Positions 47,602-57,493 of a stretch of 64,000 bases of DNA are shown piece after piece. The stretch covers positions 4,417-68,416 of the forward strand of contig CAYLMM010000005.1 of NCBI GenBank assembly GCA_964384825.1, in the 5' to 3' direction. The first letter of the stretch is position 1. Each line of letters begins with the position of its first letter. The notes under the pieces were generated by a model that saw nothing but the letters and a program-made list of their open reading frames with translations, made no database searches and was not told where the DNA came from. Source of the DNA: an uncultured Fibrobacteraceae bacterium. Its GTDB lineage: Bacteria > Krumholzibacteriota > Krumholzibacteriia > LZORAL124-64-63. The translations under genes and the position numbers were made by a program.

Positions 47602-49029
47602 ATGTCGAGCCGTAGATCCGGAAATTGCATCGGACGCATCGCGTGGCTGGCCGCCGCGTTGATCGCGATGATTCCGGTTTCCGCCTCGACCGGGGATCCG
47701 GGCGCGGATCTCTTCGCCGTGGACGATTCTCCGACGCCGGGATCGATGTTCACGGCGGTGGCCTCGGCCGCTCTCCCCTCGGTGGTCAGCATCCGCACCG
47801 TGCGCTCGGTCACGCACGGGGATCTGGATCTGGACCCGATGGAGCAGATGTACCGCCGCTACTTCCCGGGGGGCGAGCGGGGGGATCCCTTCGCTCGCCC
47901 CGGCAGCGGGACCGGATTCGTGGCCACGCGCGACGGGCACGTCATCACCAATCATCACGTCATCGCCCGGGCCGATGCGGTGAAGGTCCGTCTCAGCGGC
48001 GAGAAGCGGGATCGGCCCGCGACGGTCGTGGGCGTCGATCCGGCCAGCGATCTGGCCGTCCTGAGGATCGAGGCCGGTGTCGACTCGCCCGCGCTGGTGT
48101 TCGCCGACTCCGATTCGGTCAAGGTCGGGGATTGGGCGATCGCCGTCGGCAATCCCTTCGGCAACCTCGAAGGCAGCCTGACCGTCGGCGTGGTGAGCGC
48201 CAAGGAGCGCAGCGATCTGGTGATCGCCGGCGGCGGTCCCAGCTACCAGGACTTCCTGCAGACCGACGCTCCGATCAACTTCGGCAACAGCGGCGGACCG
48301 CTGCTGGACATCTCCGGGCGGGTGATCGGCGTGAACACGGCGGTCAAGGCGGGCGGCCAGGGGATCGGCTTCGCCATTCCCAGCAACCTGGTGCGGCGCG
48401 TCTGTTCGCAATTGATCGCCGACGGCCGCGTGGTCCGCGGGTATCTGGGCGCCCGGTTCGTCGATGCCGAGGGCGGCGGCGCCGTCCTGCTCGGCGTCCT
48501 GCCCGGCGCTCCGGCCGAGGCGGCCGGATTGCGGGAGGACGACGTGATCGTTTCCCTCGACGGCCACGGAATTCGCCGCGAACGCGATCTGAGGTTCGCG
48601 GTGGCCGCCGCCAGGGTCGGAGTGCCGGTACCCTGTTCTTTCCTGCGCGGCGGCGAGCGATCGACCGTCGAGGTCGTCCTGTCCGAGGCCGGGGCTCCCG
48701 GGGCCGCGGCCTGGAGGGGACTGACCGTGGCCGACGCGGCGGGCGAGGATCCCCGGGCGGAAGCCCTGCGCGAATCCCTGGGGATCGAGCCGCTCGCCGG
48801 CGCCCTGGTCGTCGCCGTCGAACCCGGTTCCGCCGCCGCCCGCAGCGGAATGAACGTCGGCGACGTCGTTCTGGACGCGATGGGCCGGTCGGTATCCGGA
48901 GCGGAGCAGTTCCGGGAGATTGTCGGCGGCTCGGCCGCCGGCGATCAGACCGTTCGCCTGCTGGTGGAATACGGCGGGGAACGGAGATACGTGGATGTCG
49001 GCCCCGGCGATCCCGGTCGGGTTCGATGA
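47602..49029 (+). CDS. degP: DegP/HtrA-family periplasmic serine protease with two PDZ domains
   Basis: GGAGGACGGA RBS. 'GSGFVATRDGHVITNHHVI' (His), 'DLAVLRI' (Asp) and 'GNSGGPLLD' (Ser), followed by two PDZ domains. Confidence 0.8.
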   Translation: MSSRRSGNCIGRIAWLAAALIAMIPVSASTGDPGADLFAVDDSPTPGSMFTAVASAALPSVVSIRTVRSVTHGDLDLDPMEQMYRRYFPGGERGDPFARPGSGTGFVATRDGHVITNHHVIARADAVKVRLSGEKRDRPATVVGVDPASDLAVLRIEAGVDSPALVFADSDSVKVGDWAIAVGNPFGNLEGSLTVGVVSAKERSDLVIAGGGPSYQDFLQTDAPINFGNSGGPLLDISGRVIGVNTAVKAGGQGIGFAIPSNLVRRVCSQLIADGRVVRGYLGARFVDAEGGGAVLLGVLPGAPAEAAGLREDDVIVSLDGHGIRRERDLRFAVAAARVGVPVPCSFLRGGERSTVEVVLSEAGAPGAAAWRGLTVADAAGEDPRAEALRESLGIEPLAGALVVAVEPGSAAARSGMNVGDVVLDAMGRSVSGAEQFREIVGGSAAGDQTVRLLVEYGGERRYVDVGPGDPGRVR

Positions 49030-49105
49030 TCTGTGGCTGAAAGCGGCCCGTTTTTGTATTGTATGCGGAAGCCGGTCGAACCCCGTAAGCGAGAGGAGGC
49101 AGGAG

Positions 49106-49960
49106 ATGGCTGGACGCAAGTTCACACTACCCCCTGCCCACGAGAAGAGTCTCGAAGTCTACTTCCGCGAGATCAACAGGTACGCTCTTCTCAGCAAGGA
49201 GGAGGAAGCGGAATTGGGCCGTCGGATCCACGAGGGCGACGAGGAAGCCCTCAAGCGACTCGTGCAGGCCAACCTCCGCTTCGTTGTCACCGTTGCGAAG
49301 CGCTACATGAACCAGGGCCTCGGTCTGGTCGACCTGATCAACGAGGGCAACATCGGGTTGCTCAAGGCGGCCCACCGTTTCGACGAGACCCGTGGGTTCA
49401 AGTTCATCTCCTACGCCGTGTGGTGGATCCGCCAGTCGATCCTGCAGTCGCTGCTGGATCATTCCCGGCTGGTGCGGCTTCCCCAGAACCAGACCGCGCT
49501 GCTGCTGAAGGTCAATCGCGCCCGCACCCGTCTGCAGTGCGCGGGCACCGACGATCCTTCGCCGCGGCAGATCGCCGAGGAGTTGCAGCAGCCCGAGGCC
49601 GACGTGCTGAGGGTGATGGCCTGCAGCGGCCAGGAGATCGGACTGGACGACGTGGGCGCCGACGGGCGCGACCGTCCGTTGTCGGAATGCCTCGCCGCCG
49701 AGGATCAGGAAGCGCCGGACGAGCATCTCTACGAACGCGTGATGCGGGAAGACATCCGTCGCAGCCTCGCGGTGCTGACGCCGCGGGAGGGATTGATCGT
49801 CACCCTCTATTACGGTCTCGCCGATGAGGAGGCCTACACGCTCGAGGAGATCGGACGCCGGCTGGGCCTGACCCGCGAGAGGATCCGTCAGATCAAGGAG
49901 AAGGCCTTGCGCAAGATGCGGCAGTCGGTCGGCAAGGAACTGCTTCGGGATTACGCCTGA
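49106..49960 (+). CDS. RNA polymerase sigma factor, sigma-70 family (compact RpoD/RpoS-like, regions 2-4)
   Basis: GAGAGGAGGCAGGAG RBS. 'LVQANLRFVVTVAKRY...LINEGNIGLLKAAHRFDETRGFKFISYAVWWIRQSI' is region 2. Region 4 HTH is 'TLEEIGRRLGLTRERIRQIKEKALRKMR'. Confidence 0.8.
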   Translation: MAGRKFTLPPAHEKSLEVYFREINRYALLSKEEEAELGRRIHEGDEEALKRLVQANLRFVVTVAKRYMNQGLGLVDLINEGNIGLLKAAHRFDETRGFKFISYAVWWIRQSILQSLLDHSRLVRLPQNQTALLLKVNRARTRLQCAGTDDPSPRQIAEELQQPEADVLRVMACSGQEIGLDDVGADGRDRPLSECLAAEDQEAPDEHLYERVMREDIRRSLAVLTPREGLIVTLYYGLADEEAYTLEEIGRRLGLTRERIRQIKEKALRKMRQSVGKELLRDYA

Positions 49961-49992
49961 GGCCCGTTTCCGGCCGCCGTCCGCACGTGATT

Positions 49993-50020
49993 GTTGACAA
50001 ACCAACCTGGATCGGTATGT
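49993..50020 (+). promoter_or_regulatory. sigma-70-type promoter candidate TTGACA-N16-TATGTT
   Basis: Perfect -35 TTGACA at 49993-98 and TATGTT at 50015-20, about 25 nt upstream of ATG 50046. Confidence 0.3.
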
Positions 50021-50045
50021 TTCTTGCCGATATCGGGCCGAGAAC

Positions 50046-50993
50046 ATGCCGTGCCGGGAGGGCATCATCAGCTTGCTGCGCAGGACCTACACATTCCTCT
50101 ACGTACCCGAGGATCTCGCCGAGACGCGTGAACTGAAGTTCTCGCGTCGTGCGCTGCTGTCCGTCGGCGCGGTTTTGTCGGTCTGCCTGCTGGCGACCGT
50201 CTTCTACGCGGTGGGTCTGTTCGAGGGCACCAGCTGGCTGCCGGGAGGATCGCGGATCCAGCGCCACGCGACCGAGGTCTCGGCCCGGGCCGATCTGATG
50301 GAGAGCAAGGTCGCCCGTCTGCGCGAGGATCTGGATCAGTCCTTCGCCATGCACGAGCAGGTCGCCACGGCGATGGGCCTCGAGCCCCTGGACGCGGACG
50401 TGCGCGAGGCCGGCATCGGCGGGCGTCGCCCCGCGGTCTCGGTGGCCGATCTGGGCGACGGCGAATCCTCGGATCTGATCGTCCTGCAGTCCGCGCTGGA
50501 CAAGATGCTGCGCCAGGCCAACATCCAGCACCAGGGCTACCGGGCCCTGCTGGACACCCTGTCGGGCCGCGAATCGGTTCTGGACCATCTGCCCTCGATC
50601 CGGCCGGTCGACGTCGGCTGGCTCAGCTCGCGCTACGGGAAGCGGAAGGATCCCTTCACCGGGAAGCTGGCCTTCCACCGGGGGCTGGACTATTCGATCC
50701 CCTTCGGGACGCCGGTGCGGGCCACCGCCGCGGGCGTCGTCGTCTCCGTCCGCAACGACCGCGGGCTGGGACGGGTGATCAAGATCGATCACGGCAACCG
50801 CATCACCACCCGGTACGCCCATCTCTCGCGCTGGCTGGTCAAAAAGGGCGATCGCGTCGTCCGGGGCCAGGTCATCGCCGAGTCCGGCAGCTCCGGGCGC
50901 TCCACCGCGCCGCATCTGCACTACGAGGTGGCGGTGGACGGCCGGCACGTGAATCCGCTGCCCTACGTGCTGGACTCCTACGCGATCCGCTGA
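50046..50993 (+). CDS. M23-family (LytM-domain) peptidoglycan endopeptidase, EnvC/NlpD-like
   Basis: N-terminal TM and coiled coil. 'FHRGLDYSIPFGTPVRATAAGVV...IDHGNRITTRYAHLS...GSSGRSTAPHLHYEV' are M23 motifs. Confidence 0.75.
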   Translation: MPCREGIISLLRRTYTFLYVPEDLAETRELKFSRRALLSVGAVLSVCLLATVFYAVGLFEGTSWLPGGSRIQRHATEVSARADLMESKVARLREDLDQSFAMHEQVATAMGLEPLDADVREAGIGGRRPAVSVADLGDGESSDLIVLQSALDKMLRQANIQHQGYRALLDTLSGRESVLDHLPSIRPVDVGWLSSRYGKRKDPFTGKLAFHRGLDYSIPFGTPVRATAAGVVVSVRNDRGLGRVIKIDHGNRITTRYAHLSRWLVKKGDRVVRGQVIAESGSSGRSTAPHLHYEVAVDGRHVNPLPYVLDSYAIR

Positions 50994-51055
50994 AATCGAC
51001 ATCATCTCCTGTTTGCATCGGTCGTGACCTGTGATACTTTTTCCACGCCCGCTCC

Positions 51056-52435
51056 ATGCGGGGGCGGGAAGAGGAGCGCCGATCGGGCATGAGGCCTATC
51101 CGGATCAGAAAATCGCGCCGCATCGGTGTTGCGATGCCGTACGCCGTCCTGTGGGCGGCGTTGTGCCTGCTGATCGCCGGGGCCGGCGAAGCGCGGGCCG
51201 CGGTGTTCGTCGACCAGGTTCGGTACTGGACGGCCCCCGATCATACGCGCATCGTGCTGGATCTTTCCGGGCCGGCGCGCTACGAGGTCCGGCGAGTCGG
51301 CGATCCCGAGCGGATCGCCGTCAACGTTCCCGGCGCCCGGTTCCGCGGGACCGCGAAGATTCCGGTCGGCGACGGGGTGATCGAGCGGATCCGGCGCAAC
51401 GCGCTGCGCTCGCGGGCCCAGGTGGTTCTGGATCTGGAATCGGCGCGGGAATACCGGCACTTCGTCCTGAAGGCGGCGGCCGGCCGGCCGGACCGCATCG
51501 TGATCGACGTCTTCCGCGGATCGCAGCGCCCGGCCGGCGAGGCGGCCACGGTGGAGGCCGCGCCCGCGCCCGAACCGAAGCCGCAGACGGCACCCTTTAC
51601 CGTCGTGATCGATCCGGGGCACGGCGGGATGGATCCCGGAGCCATCCGCAACGGTGTGCGCGAGAAGGACGTCGTGCTGAAGATCGCCCGGGAACTGGCG
51701 GCGATCTTCGACGACCGCCCCGGCTACCGGGCCGTTCTGACGCGCAAGGGAGATTATTTCGTCAGCCTGGCCGACCGGGTGAAGTTCGCCAAGCGCGAGG
51801 GGGGGGACATGTTCCTCTCCATCCACGCCAACACCAATCGCAAGCGGACGCTCAAGGGGATGGAAGTCTATTTCCTCTCGTTGAAGGGGGCGACCGATCG
51901 CGAGGCGCGGGAGCTGGCGGACAAGGAGAACGCGTCCGATCTGGTGGGCCTGATGCCCGAGGATCACCGGGGCGACGAGGTCCTCTCGATCCTGATGGAT
52001 CTGAGGATGTCCCGGGTCCTGGACAATTCGAGCCGGCTGGCCGAGCAGATCCTTGGCGCCGCCCGCCGTTCCGACGTGGTCGGGGGGCGCAAGGTGAAGC
52101 AGGCCGGCTTCCAGGTCCTGAAGTCGCTGGCGATGCCCTCGGCCCTGGTCGAGACGGCCTATCTGTCGAACTCGTCGGACCGCGAGCTGCTGTCGTCGGC
52201 TTCGGGGCGGCGGAGGCTGGCCCAGGTCATCGCCGACGGCGTGTTCATCCATCGCGGGGACGAGGTGATCGCGGCCGGCGAACGGACGTGGTCGCGCGTC
52301 TACCGCGTCGAGCGCGGCGATACGCTCTGGGAGCTGGCGCGGGATCACGGCACGACGATCACCGAGATCCGCGAACGCAACGGACTGAAGTCGAGCGGCC
52401 TGCTGGTGGGGCAGAAATTGAAACTCCCGCAGTGA
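51056..52435 (+). CDS. amiC: N-acetylmuramoyl-L-alanine amidase (AMIN + Amidase_3 + C-terminal LysM), AmiC-like
   Basis: 'VVIDPGHGGMDPGA...FLSIHANT...E.AYLSN' is the Amidase_3 motif set. C-terminal LysM 'YRVERGDTLWELARDHGTTITEIRERNGL'. The start is uncertain: ATG 51056 or ATG 51089 ('MRPIRIRKS'), with GAGGAG about 15 nt upstream. Confidence 0.7.
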   Translation: MRGREEERRSGMRPIRIRKSRRIGVAMPYAVLWAALCLLIAGAGEARAAVFVDQVRYWTAPDHTRIVLDLSGPARYEVRRVGDPERIAVNVPGARFRGTAKIPVGDGVIERIRRNALRSRAQVVLDLESAREYRHFVLKAAAGRPDRIVIDVFRGSQRPAGEAATVEAAPAPEPKPQTAPFTVVIDPGHGGMDPGAIRNGVREKDVVLKIARELAAIFDDRPGYRAVLTRKGDYFVSLADRVKFAKREGGDMFLSIHANTNRKRTLKGMEVYFLSLKGATDREARELADKENASDLVGLMPEDHRGDEVLSILMDLRMSRVLDNSSRLAEQILGAARRSDVVGGRKVKQAGFQVLKSLAMPSALVETAYLSNSSDRELLSSASGRRRLAQVIADGVFIHRGDEVIAAGERTWSRVYRVERGDTLWELARDHGTTITEIRERNGLKSSGLLVGQKLKLPQ

Positions 52436-52445
52436 CGGGGCACCG

Positions 52446-53375
52446 ATGAATCGTCTCGGATTGAAGATCTTCTGCTTTCTGGTCGCGGTGATCATCTGGA
52501 TCCAGGTCGCCGGCGGGCATGTCGTGGTGCGCGAGGTCCGACTGCCCCTCGATCTGGCCGGCCTGCAGCCCGGGCTGACGCTGGTGGGCAACGAGTGGCC
52601 CGATTCGGTGCCCGTGCGCGCCCAGGGCAGCAAGTGGCAGTTCTTCCTGAACCGCTATTTCGGACGGGACCTGGGCCATGTCATGGTCGATCTGGGACAG
52701 GTCGAGGCGCCGACCGATCTGCTGCGCGAGATCACCGTCAACGACGTGGAATCGCCGTTGGCCGATCTCGACATCTCGCCTCCGCTCTGGCTCCGCCTGA
52801 ACGTCGACCGCCTGGATTCCCTGCGCGTACCGGTCGCCGTCCACCTGGTCGGCGTGCTGCCCGGAGACAGGATGCTGATGGAGCCGGTGACCGCCGAGCC
52901 CGATTCGGTGGTGCTGACCGGCCCGACGCGCTTCCTGGACGGGGCCGCCGCCCGGACCGAGCCCCTCGATCTGGCCAAGCAGCGCGACAGCGCTCGCCCG
53001 GAGCGAAGGATCGTCGCCTCCGACCCGTTTCTGAATCCGCGGCCCGAGGCCGTGGAACTGGCGCTCTCGGTGGCGCCGGTGGCCAGCCGCAACTTCGAAC
53101 ACGTCCCGGTCGTGCCCCTGGTCGATGCGGGGCAGCCGTCGGTCGAGGTCTTCCCGCCGGTGGCGAATCTGACCGTCCGCGGGCCGGCCGATTCGGTCCG
53201 CGTCGTCACGGCCGCGGATCTGTCGGTGACCGTCTCGCTGACCGGTCTCGAACCGGGGGTCCACCACCTGGGGGCGCAGGTCCTCCTGCCGGAGCGCTTC
53301 GGCCTGGTTTCCCTCGAGCCCGATGAATTCATGGTCGTGATCGGCAACGGGGCTGGCGCCGGGGGCGATCGCTGA
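52446..53375 (+). CDS. membrane-anchored YbbR/CdaR-like repeat protein (tentative)
   Basis: N-terminal TM 'LKIFCFLVAVIIWIQVAG', followed by three or four ~80-aa repeats with the 'V.V.L.G.P.G' pattern typical of YbbR domains. Confidence 0.35.
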   Translation: MNRLGLKIFCFLVAVIIWIQVAGGHVVVREVRLPLDLAGLQPGLTLVGNEWPDSVPVRAQGSKWQFFLNRYFGRDLGHVMVDLGQVEAPTDLLREITVNDVESPLADLDISPPLWLRLNVDRLDSLRVPVAVHLVGVLPGDRMLMEPVTAEPDSVVLTGPTRFLDGAAARTEPLDLAKQRDSARPERRIVASDPFLNPRPEAVELALSVAPVASRNFEHVPVVPLVDAGQPSVEVFPPVANLTVRGPADSVRVVTAADLSVTVSLTGLEPGVHHLGAQVLLPERFGLVSLEPDEFMVVIGNGAGAGGDR

Positions 53376-53436
53376 TCAACTTGTCCCGATCGGGGCCGCG
53401 AGAACGCATCGAATCCAACGCTGACGGGAGTAGGAC

Positions 53437-54711
53437 ATGGATCTGCGCTACCGGCGTCCCAAGGGGACGCGGGACATCCTCCTCGAAGAGGTAGAACGCT
53501 GGCACTGGTGCGAGGAGCGCTGGCGCGAGGTGCTGGAGAGGTTCGGCTTCGGCGAGATCCGCACGCCGCTGATCGAGCCGACCGACCTGTTCACCCGCTC
53601 GGTGGGCGAGGGGACCGACATCGTCGACAAGGAGATGTACACCTTCCAGACCAAGGGGAACGAGAGCCTGACCCTGCGGCCGGAGGCGACCGCCTCGGTG
53701 GTGCGCGCGTACCTGGAGAACGGTCTCACGCGCCAGCCGGGCACCCTGAAGTTCTATTACATGGGGCCGATGTTCCGGTACGACCGGCCCCAGGCCGGCC
53801 GCTACCGCCAGTTCCACCAGGTGGGAGTGGAGGCGATCGGATCGTCCAGCCCGGTGCTCGACGCCGAGGTCATCCGCACGGCCATGGCCCTTTTCGAGGC
53901 CGTCGACGCGGAATCGCTGACCGTCCAGATCAACAGCATCGGCTGCCCGGAATGCCGGCCCGCCTACGTGGCCGACCTGCGCGCCTGGGCCTCGGCCCAC
54001 GCCGATCTCTTCTGCCGCACCTGCCAGGCCAGGATCGAGGTCAACCCCCTGCGGCTCTTCGACTGCAAGGAGGAGAGCTGCCAGGAGGCCCTGGGCGGGT
54101 TCCGCCCGATCTCCGAATCCCTCTGCGACCGGTGCCGCGAACATCATTCGGTCCTGCGCGAGGCGCTGGATGATCTGGGAGTCGATTTCGAGGAGGCGCC
54201 CAACCTGGTGCGCGGCCTCGACTACTACACCCGCACCACCTTCGAGATCTCGGCGCGGCAGGATCTGCGCCAGAGCGCCCTCTGCGGGGGCGGACGCTAC
54301 GACGGTCTTGTCGCCCAGTGCGGCGGGACCGACACGCCCGCGGTCGGTTTCTCGGTGGGGATCGAACGGGTGATCCGGCATCTCTACCCCGATGCGGTGG
54401 ACCCCCAGCGCAGCCGCCAGTCGAAAGTCGACGTGTACATGGTCTGTCTCGGCCCCGCGGCCCAGTCCTACGGCCTGGTGCATTCCGACCTGCTGCGCGG
54501 TTTCTGCCGCGTCGAGGTCGACACCACCGGCCGGTCGGCCAAGGCCCAGATGAAATCCGCGGACAGCCGCGGCGCCAAGATCGTTCTGATCGCCGGCGAC
54601 GACGAGATCGCCGACGGATCCTTCCAACTCAAGAATCTGCAAACCGGTCACCAGGAGGCGGTCCAGCACGGGGCGCTGCTCTCGGTGGTGCGGGAGGTGC
54701 TCGACCTGTGA
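53437..54711 (+). CDS. hisS: histidine--tRNA ligase
   Basis: '[11 protein letters not shown]', '[23 protein letters not shown]' (motif 2) and 'GGGRYDGL' (motif 3). Confidence 0.9.
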   Translation: MDLRYRRPKGTRDILLEEVERWHWCEERWREVLERFGFGEIRTPLIEPTDLFTRSVGEGTDIVDKEMYTFQTKGNESLTLRPEATASVVRAYLENGLTRQPGTLKFYYMGPMFRYDRPQAGRYRQFHQVGVEAIGSSSPVLDAEVIRTAMALFEAVDAESLTVQINSIGCPECRPAYVADLRAWASAHADLFCRTCQARIEVNPLRLFDCKEESCQEALGGFRPISESLCDRCREHHSVLREALDDLGVDFEEAPNLVRGLDYYTRTTFEISARQDLRQSALCGGGRYDGLVAQCGGTDTPAVGFSVGIERVIRHLYPDAVDPQRSRQSKVDVYMVCLGPAAQSYGLVHSDLLRGFCRVEVDTTGRSAKAQMKSADSRGAKIVLIAGDDEIADGSFQLKNLQTGHQEAVQHGALLSVVREVLDL

Positions 54712-54716
54712 CAGGA

Positions 54717-56489
54717 ATGAACGGAACGCCGCTGCGGACCCACCGCTGCGGCGAGATCAACGTGGAAATGGCCGGGGCGGAAGTCCGCCTGGCCGGCTGG
54801 GCGGGCAAGATCCGCGAGATGGGCGGCGTGACCTTCATCGGTCTGCGCGACCGCTGGGGCGTGGTGCAGGTCGTCTTCGAGAGCGACGAACTGGTCGCCG
54901 CGGCCCGTCAGGTGAAGCTCGAATCGGTGATCTCGATATCCGGGCGCGTCCGTCCGCGTCCCGAGGGCATGGTCAACGAACAGATGGCCACCGGGGCGGT
55001 GGAGGTCGTGGTCGAGGGGATGACCCTGCTGAACGGCTGCGTGCCGTTGCCCTTCCAGGTCGACCAGGCAGGGCAGGCCTCGGACGAACTGCGTCTCAAG
55101 TACCGCTACATCGATCTGCGCAATCCGCGCATGGCCAGGAATCTCGAGGTCCGGCACCGCGTCGCCCAGTCGGTGCGCACCTTCCTCTCGGGGGAGGATT
55201 TCCTGGAGATCGAGACCCCCCTGCTGATCAAGACGACCCCCGAGGGGGCCCGCGACTACGTGGTCCCGAGCCGCGTCCAGAAGGGCACGTTCTACGCTCT
55301 GCCCCAGTCGCCCCAGCTCTACAAGCAGATTTTGATGGTCTCGGGCGTCGACCGCTATTTCCAGCTGCCCCGTTGTCTGCGCGACGAGGATCTGCGCAAG
55401 GACCGGCAGCCGGAGCACACCCAGATCGACATGGAGATGAGCTTCGTCACCGAGGCGGAGGTCTACGATCTTGTCGAGCGGATGATGGCCAAGCTCTGCC
55501 GCGAATCGATCGGCCTGGAGGTCGAAACGCCCTTCCCGCGCATCAGCTACCGCGACGCGATGAACCTCTACGGTTCGGACAAGCCCGATCTGCGCTTCGG
55601 CTGCCCGATCCAGGATCTCGCCGAAGCGGTGCCGGGCTGCGGCTTCGGCGTGTTCGAGAAGGCCGTCGAGGCCGGCGGCGCCGTGCGGGCGATCTTCGCG
55701 CGCGGACTCTCGGGCTACAGCCGCAAGCAGATCGGCGAACTGGAAGAGATCGCCAAGCGCCGCGGCGCCGGCGGCCTGGCCTTCACCAAGGTCACCGCCG
55801 AGGGCTGCGAGGGCGGCATCGCCAAGTTCCTCTCCCCGGAATTCCGGCAGGCGCTGCTGGCCAATCCCGAATGCCGCGAGGGCGATCTCGTGCTCTTCGG
55901 CGCCGGCGACCCGCAGGTGGCGCTGACGGCCCTGGGCGCGGTGCGCCTCGAACTCGCCGAGCGCGAGGGCTGGGTCCCGCCGGGTTCCTGGTCCTTCGCC
56001 TGGGTGCGCCATTTCCCGATGTTCGAGCCGAACGGCGAAGGCGACGGCTGGACCGCCTGCCATCACATGTTCACCATGCCCGACGAGCAGGGTCTGGCCG
56101 TGCTGGATTCCGATCCCGGTTCGGTCCACGCCCATCTCTACGACCTGGTCTGCAACGGCGTCGAGCTCGGTTCGGGCAGCATCCGCGTCCACCGGCGCGA
56201 CATCCAGGAGAAGATCTTCCGGATCGTGGGCATGGAGCCAGAGGAGTACGAGGCCAAGTTCGGGTTCTTCCTCGAGGCCCTCGAACACGGCGCGCCGCCG
56301 CACGGCGGGATCGCGCTGGGGCTCGACCGGATCATCATGCTGCTGACCGACAGTCCGTCCCTGCGCGACGTGATCGCGTTTCCGAAGACCCATCTGGCGA
56401 CCTCGCCGCTCGACGGGGCGCCGGGGACGATCAGCGGGGCGCAACTCGAGGAGCTGGGGCTGAGCATCGTGCCCGAGAGCGAGGATTGA
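54717..56489 (+). CDS. aspS: aspartate--tRNA ligase
   Basis: OB-fold N-domain, '[13 protein letters not shown]', '[28 protein letters not shown]' (motif 2) and '[19 protein letters not shown]' (motif 3). The ATG lies 5 nt after the hisS stop. Confidence 0.9.
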   Translation: MNGTPLRTHRCGEINVEMAGAEVRLAGWAGKIREMGGVTFIGLRDRWGVVQVVFESDELVAAARQVKLESVISISGRVRPRPEGMVNEQMATGAVEVVVEGMTLLNGCVPLPFQVDQAGQASDELRLKYRYIDLRNPRMARNLEVRHRVAQSVRTFLSGEDFLEIETPLLIKTTPEGARDYVVPSRVQKGTFYALPQSPQLYKQILMVSGVDRYFQLPRCLRDEDLRKDRQPEHTQIDMEMSFVTEAEVYDLVERMMAKLCRESIGLEVETPFPRISYRDAMNLYGSDKPDLRFGCPIQDLAEAVPGCGFGVFEKAVEAGGAVRAIFARGLSGYSRKQIGELEEIAKRRGAGGLAFTKVTAEGCEGGIAKFLSPEFRQALLANPECREGDLVLFGAGDPQVALTALGAVRLELAEREGWVPPGSWSFAWVRHFPMFEPNGEGDGWTACHHMFTMPDEQGLAVLDSDPGSVHAHLYDLVCNGVELGSGSIRVHRRDIQEKIFRIVGMEPEEYEAKFGFFLEALEHGAPPHGGIALGLDRIIMLLTDSPSLRDVIAFPKTHLATSPLDGAPGTISGAQLEELGLSIVPESED

Positions 56490-57490
56490 TGCCGCAGAAC
56501 GAGAGCCGCGTCGTCAGCCGCAAGCCGGGGGAGATCCGGATCTCCCTGGCGGACGTCGACCAGTTCGCCCTGCTGGGCGGACGCGACGCCAACCTGCGCC
56601 TGCTGCAGGACCGGTTCGAAGGCACGATCACCGTCCGCGGCGACACCATGCTGCTCAAGGGCGAGAAGTCCGAACTGGATCTGATGACGGTTGTCGTGCT
56701 GGCCCTGATCGAGATGGTCGAGCACGGCCAGGTGCCGGACGAGGTGACCCTCGGCTACGTTCTGGAGAGGGCCGGCGCGGAGGGCGAAGCCGAGGATCTC
56801 TCCGGAGAGGATCCCCTGTTCTTCGCCTCCGACAGCCGGCGCGCCATTCGGCCCAAGACGACGGGCCAGCGCGACTACGTCGAGGCGATCCGGGCGCACG
56901 ACGTGGTCTTCGCGGTGGGGCCGGCCGGTACGGGCAAGACCTATCTCGCGGTCGTGGTGGCCATGGATTTCCTGAAGCGGAGGCTGGTGGACCGCGTGGT
57001 GCTGGTGCGCCCGGCGGTCGAGGCCGGCGAGCAGCTGGGATTCCTGCCCGGCGACCTCCAGGAGAAGATCGATCCCTATCTGCGCCCCCTGTACGACGCG
57101 CTGGCCGACACCCTCGGACCGAGCCAGATCCAGCGGTACATGTCCAGCGGGGTGATCGAGGCGGCGCCGCTGGCGTACATGCGCGGGCGCACCTTGAACA
57201 ACGCGTTCGTCATTCTCGACGAGGCCCAGAACACGACTCTCGGCCAGATGAAGATGTTCCTGACGCGGCTCGGCTACCAGTCGAAGGCGGTCATCACCGG
57301 CGACGTGACCCAGATCGATCTGCGGGGCGAGAAGCAGTCGGGCCTGGTGCGGGTGAGGCGGATCCTGGACCGTACCGAGGGAGTGGCCTTCGTCGATCTG
57401 GACCGGCGCGACGTCGTCCGGCATCCGCTGGTGCGGCGCATCGTCGAGGCCTTCCGGATGGCGGAGGACGCGGACGACGGCAAGGAGTGA
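56489..57490 (+). CDS. phoH: PhoH-family ATPase (YbeZ)
   Basis: 'VFAVGPAGTGKTYLAV' Walker A and the PhoH signature 'LDEAQNTT'. ATGA overlap with the aspS stop. Confidence 0.85.
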   Translation: MPQNESRVVSRKPGEIRISLADVDQFALLGGRDANLRLLQDRFEGTITVRGDTMLLKGEKSELDLMTVVVLALIEMVEHGQVPDEVTLGYVLERAGAEGEAEDLSGEDPLFFASDSRRAIRPKTTGQRDYVEAIRAHDVVFAVGPAGTGKTYLAVVVAMDFLKRRLVDRVVLVRPAVEAGEQLGFLPGDLQEKIDPYLRPLYDALADTLGPSQIQRYMSSGVIEAAPLAYMRGRTLNNAFVILDEAQNTTLGQMKMFLTRLGYQSKAVITGDVTQIDLRGEKQSGLVRVRRILDRTEGVAFVDLDRRDVVRHPLVRRIVEAFRMAEDADDGKE

Positions 57491-57493
57491 CCC

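Noticed and set aside
41692-49125. ORFs 41692..44787(-) 1031 aa and 45901..49125(-) 1074 aa
   Set aside because: They are antisense to the M6-like cargo, lpxH, the hypothetical and degP genes, with R/G/P-rich composition and no motifs. Treated as artefacts.
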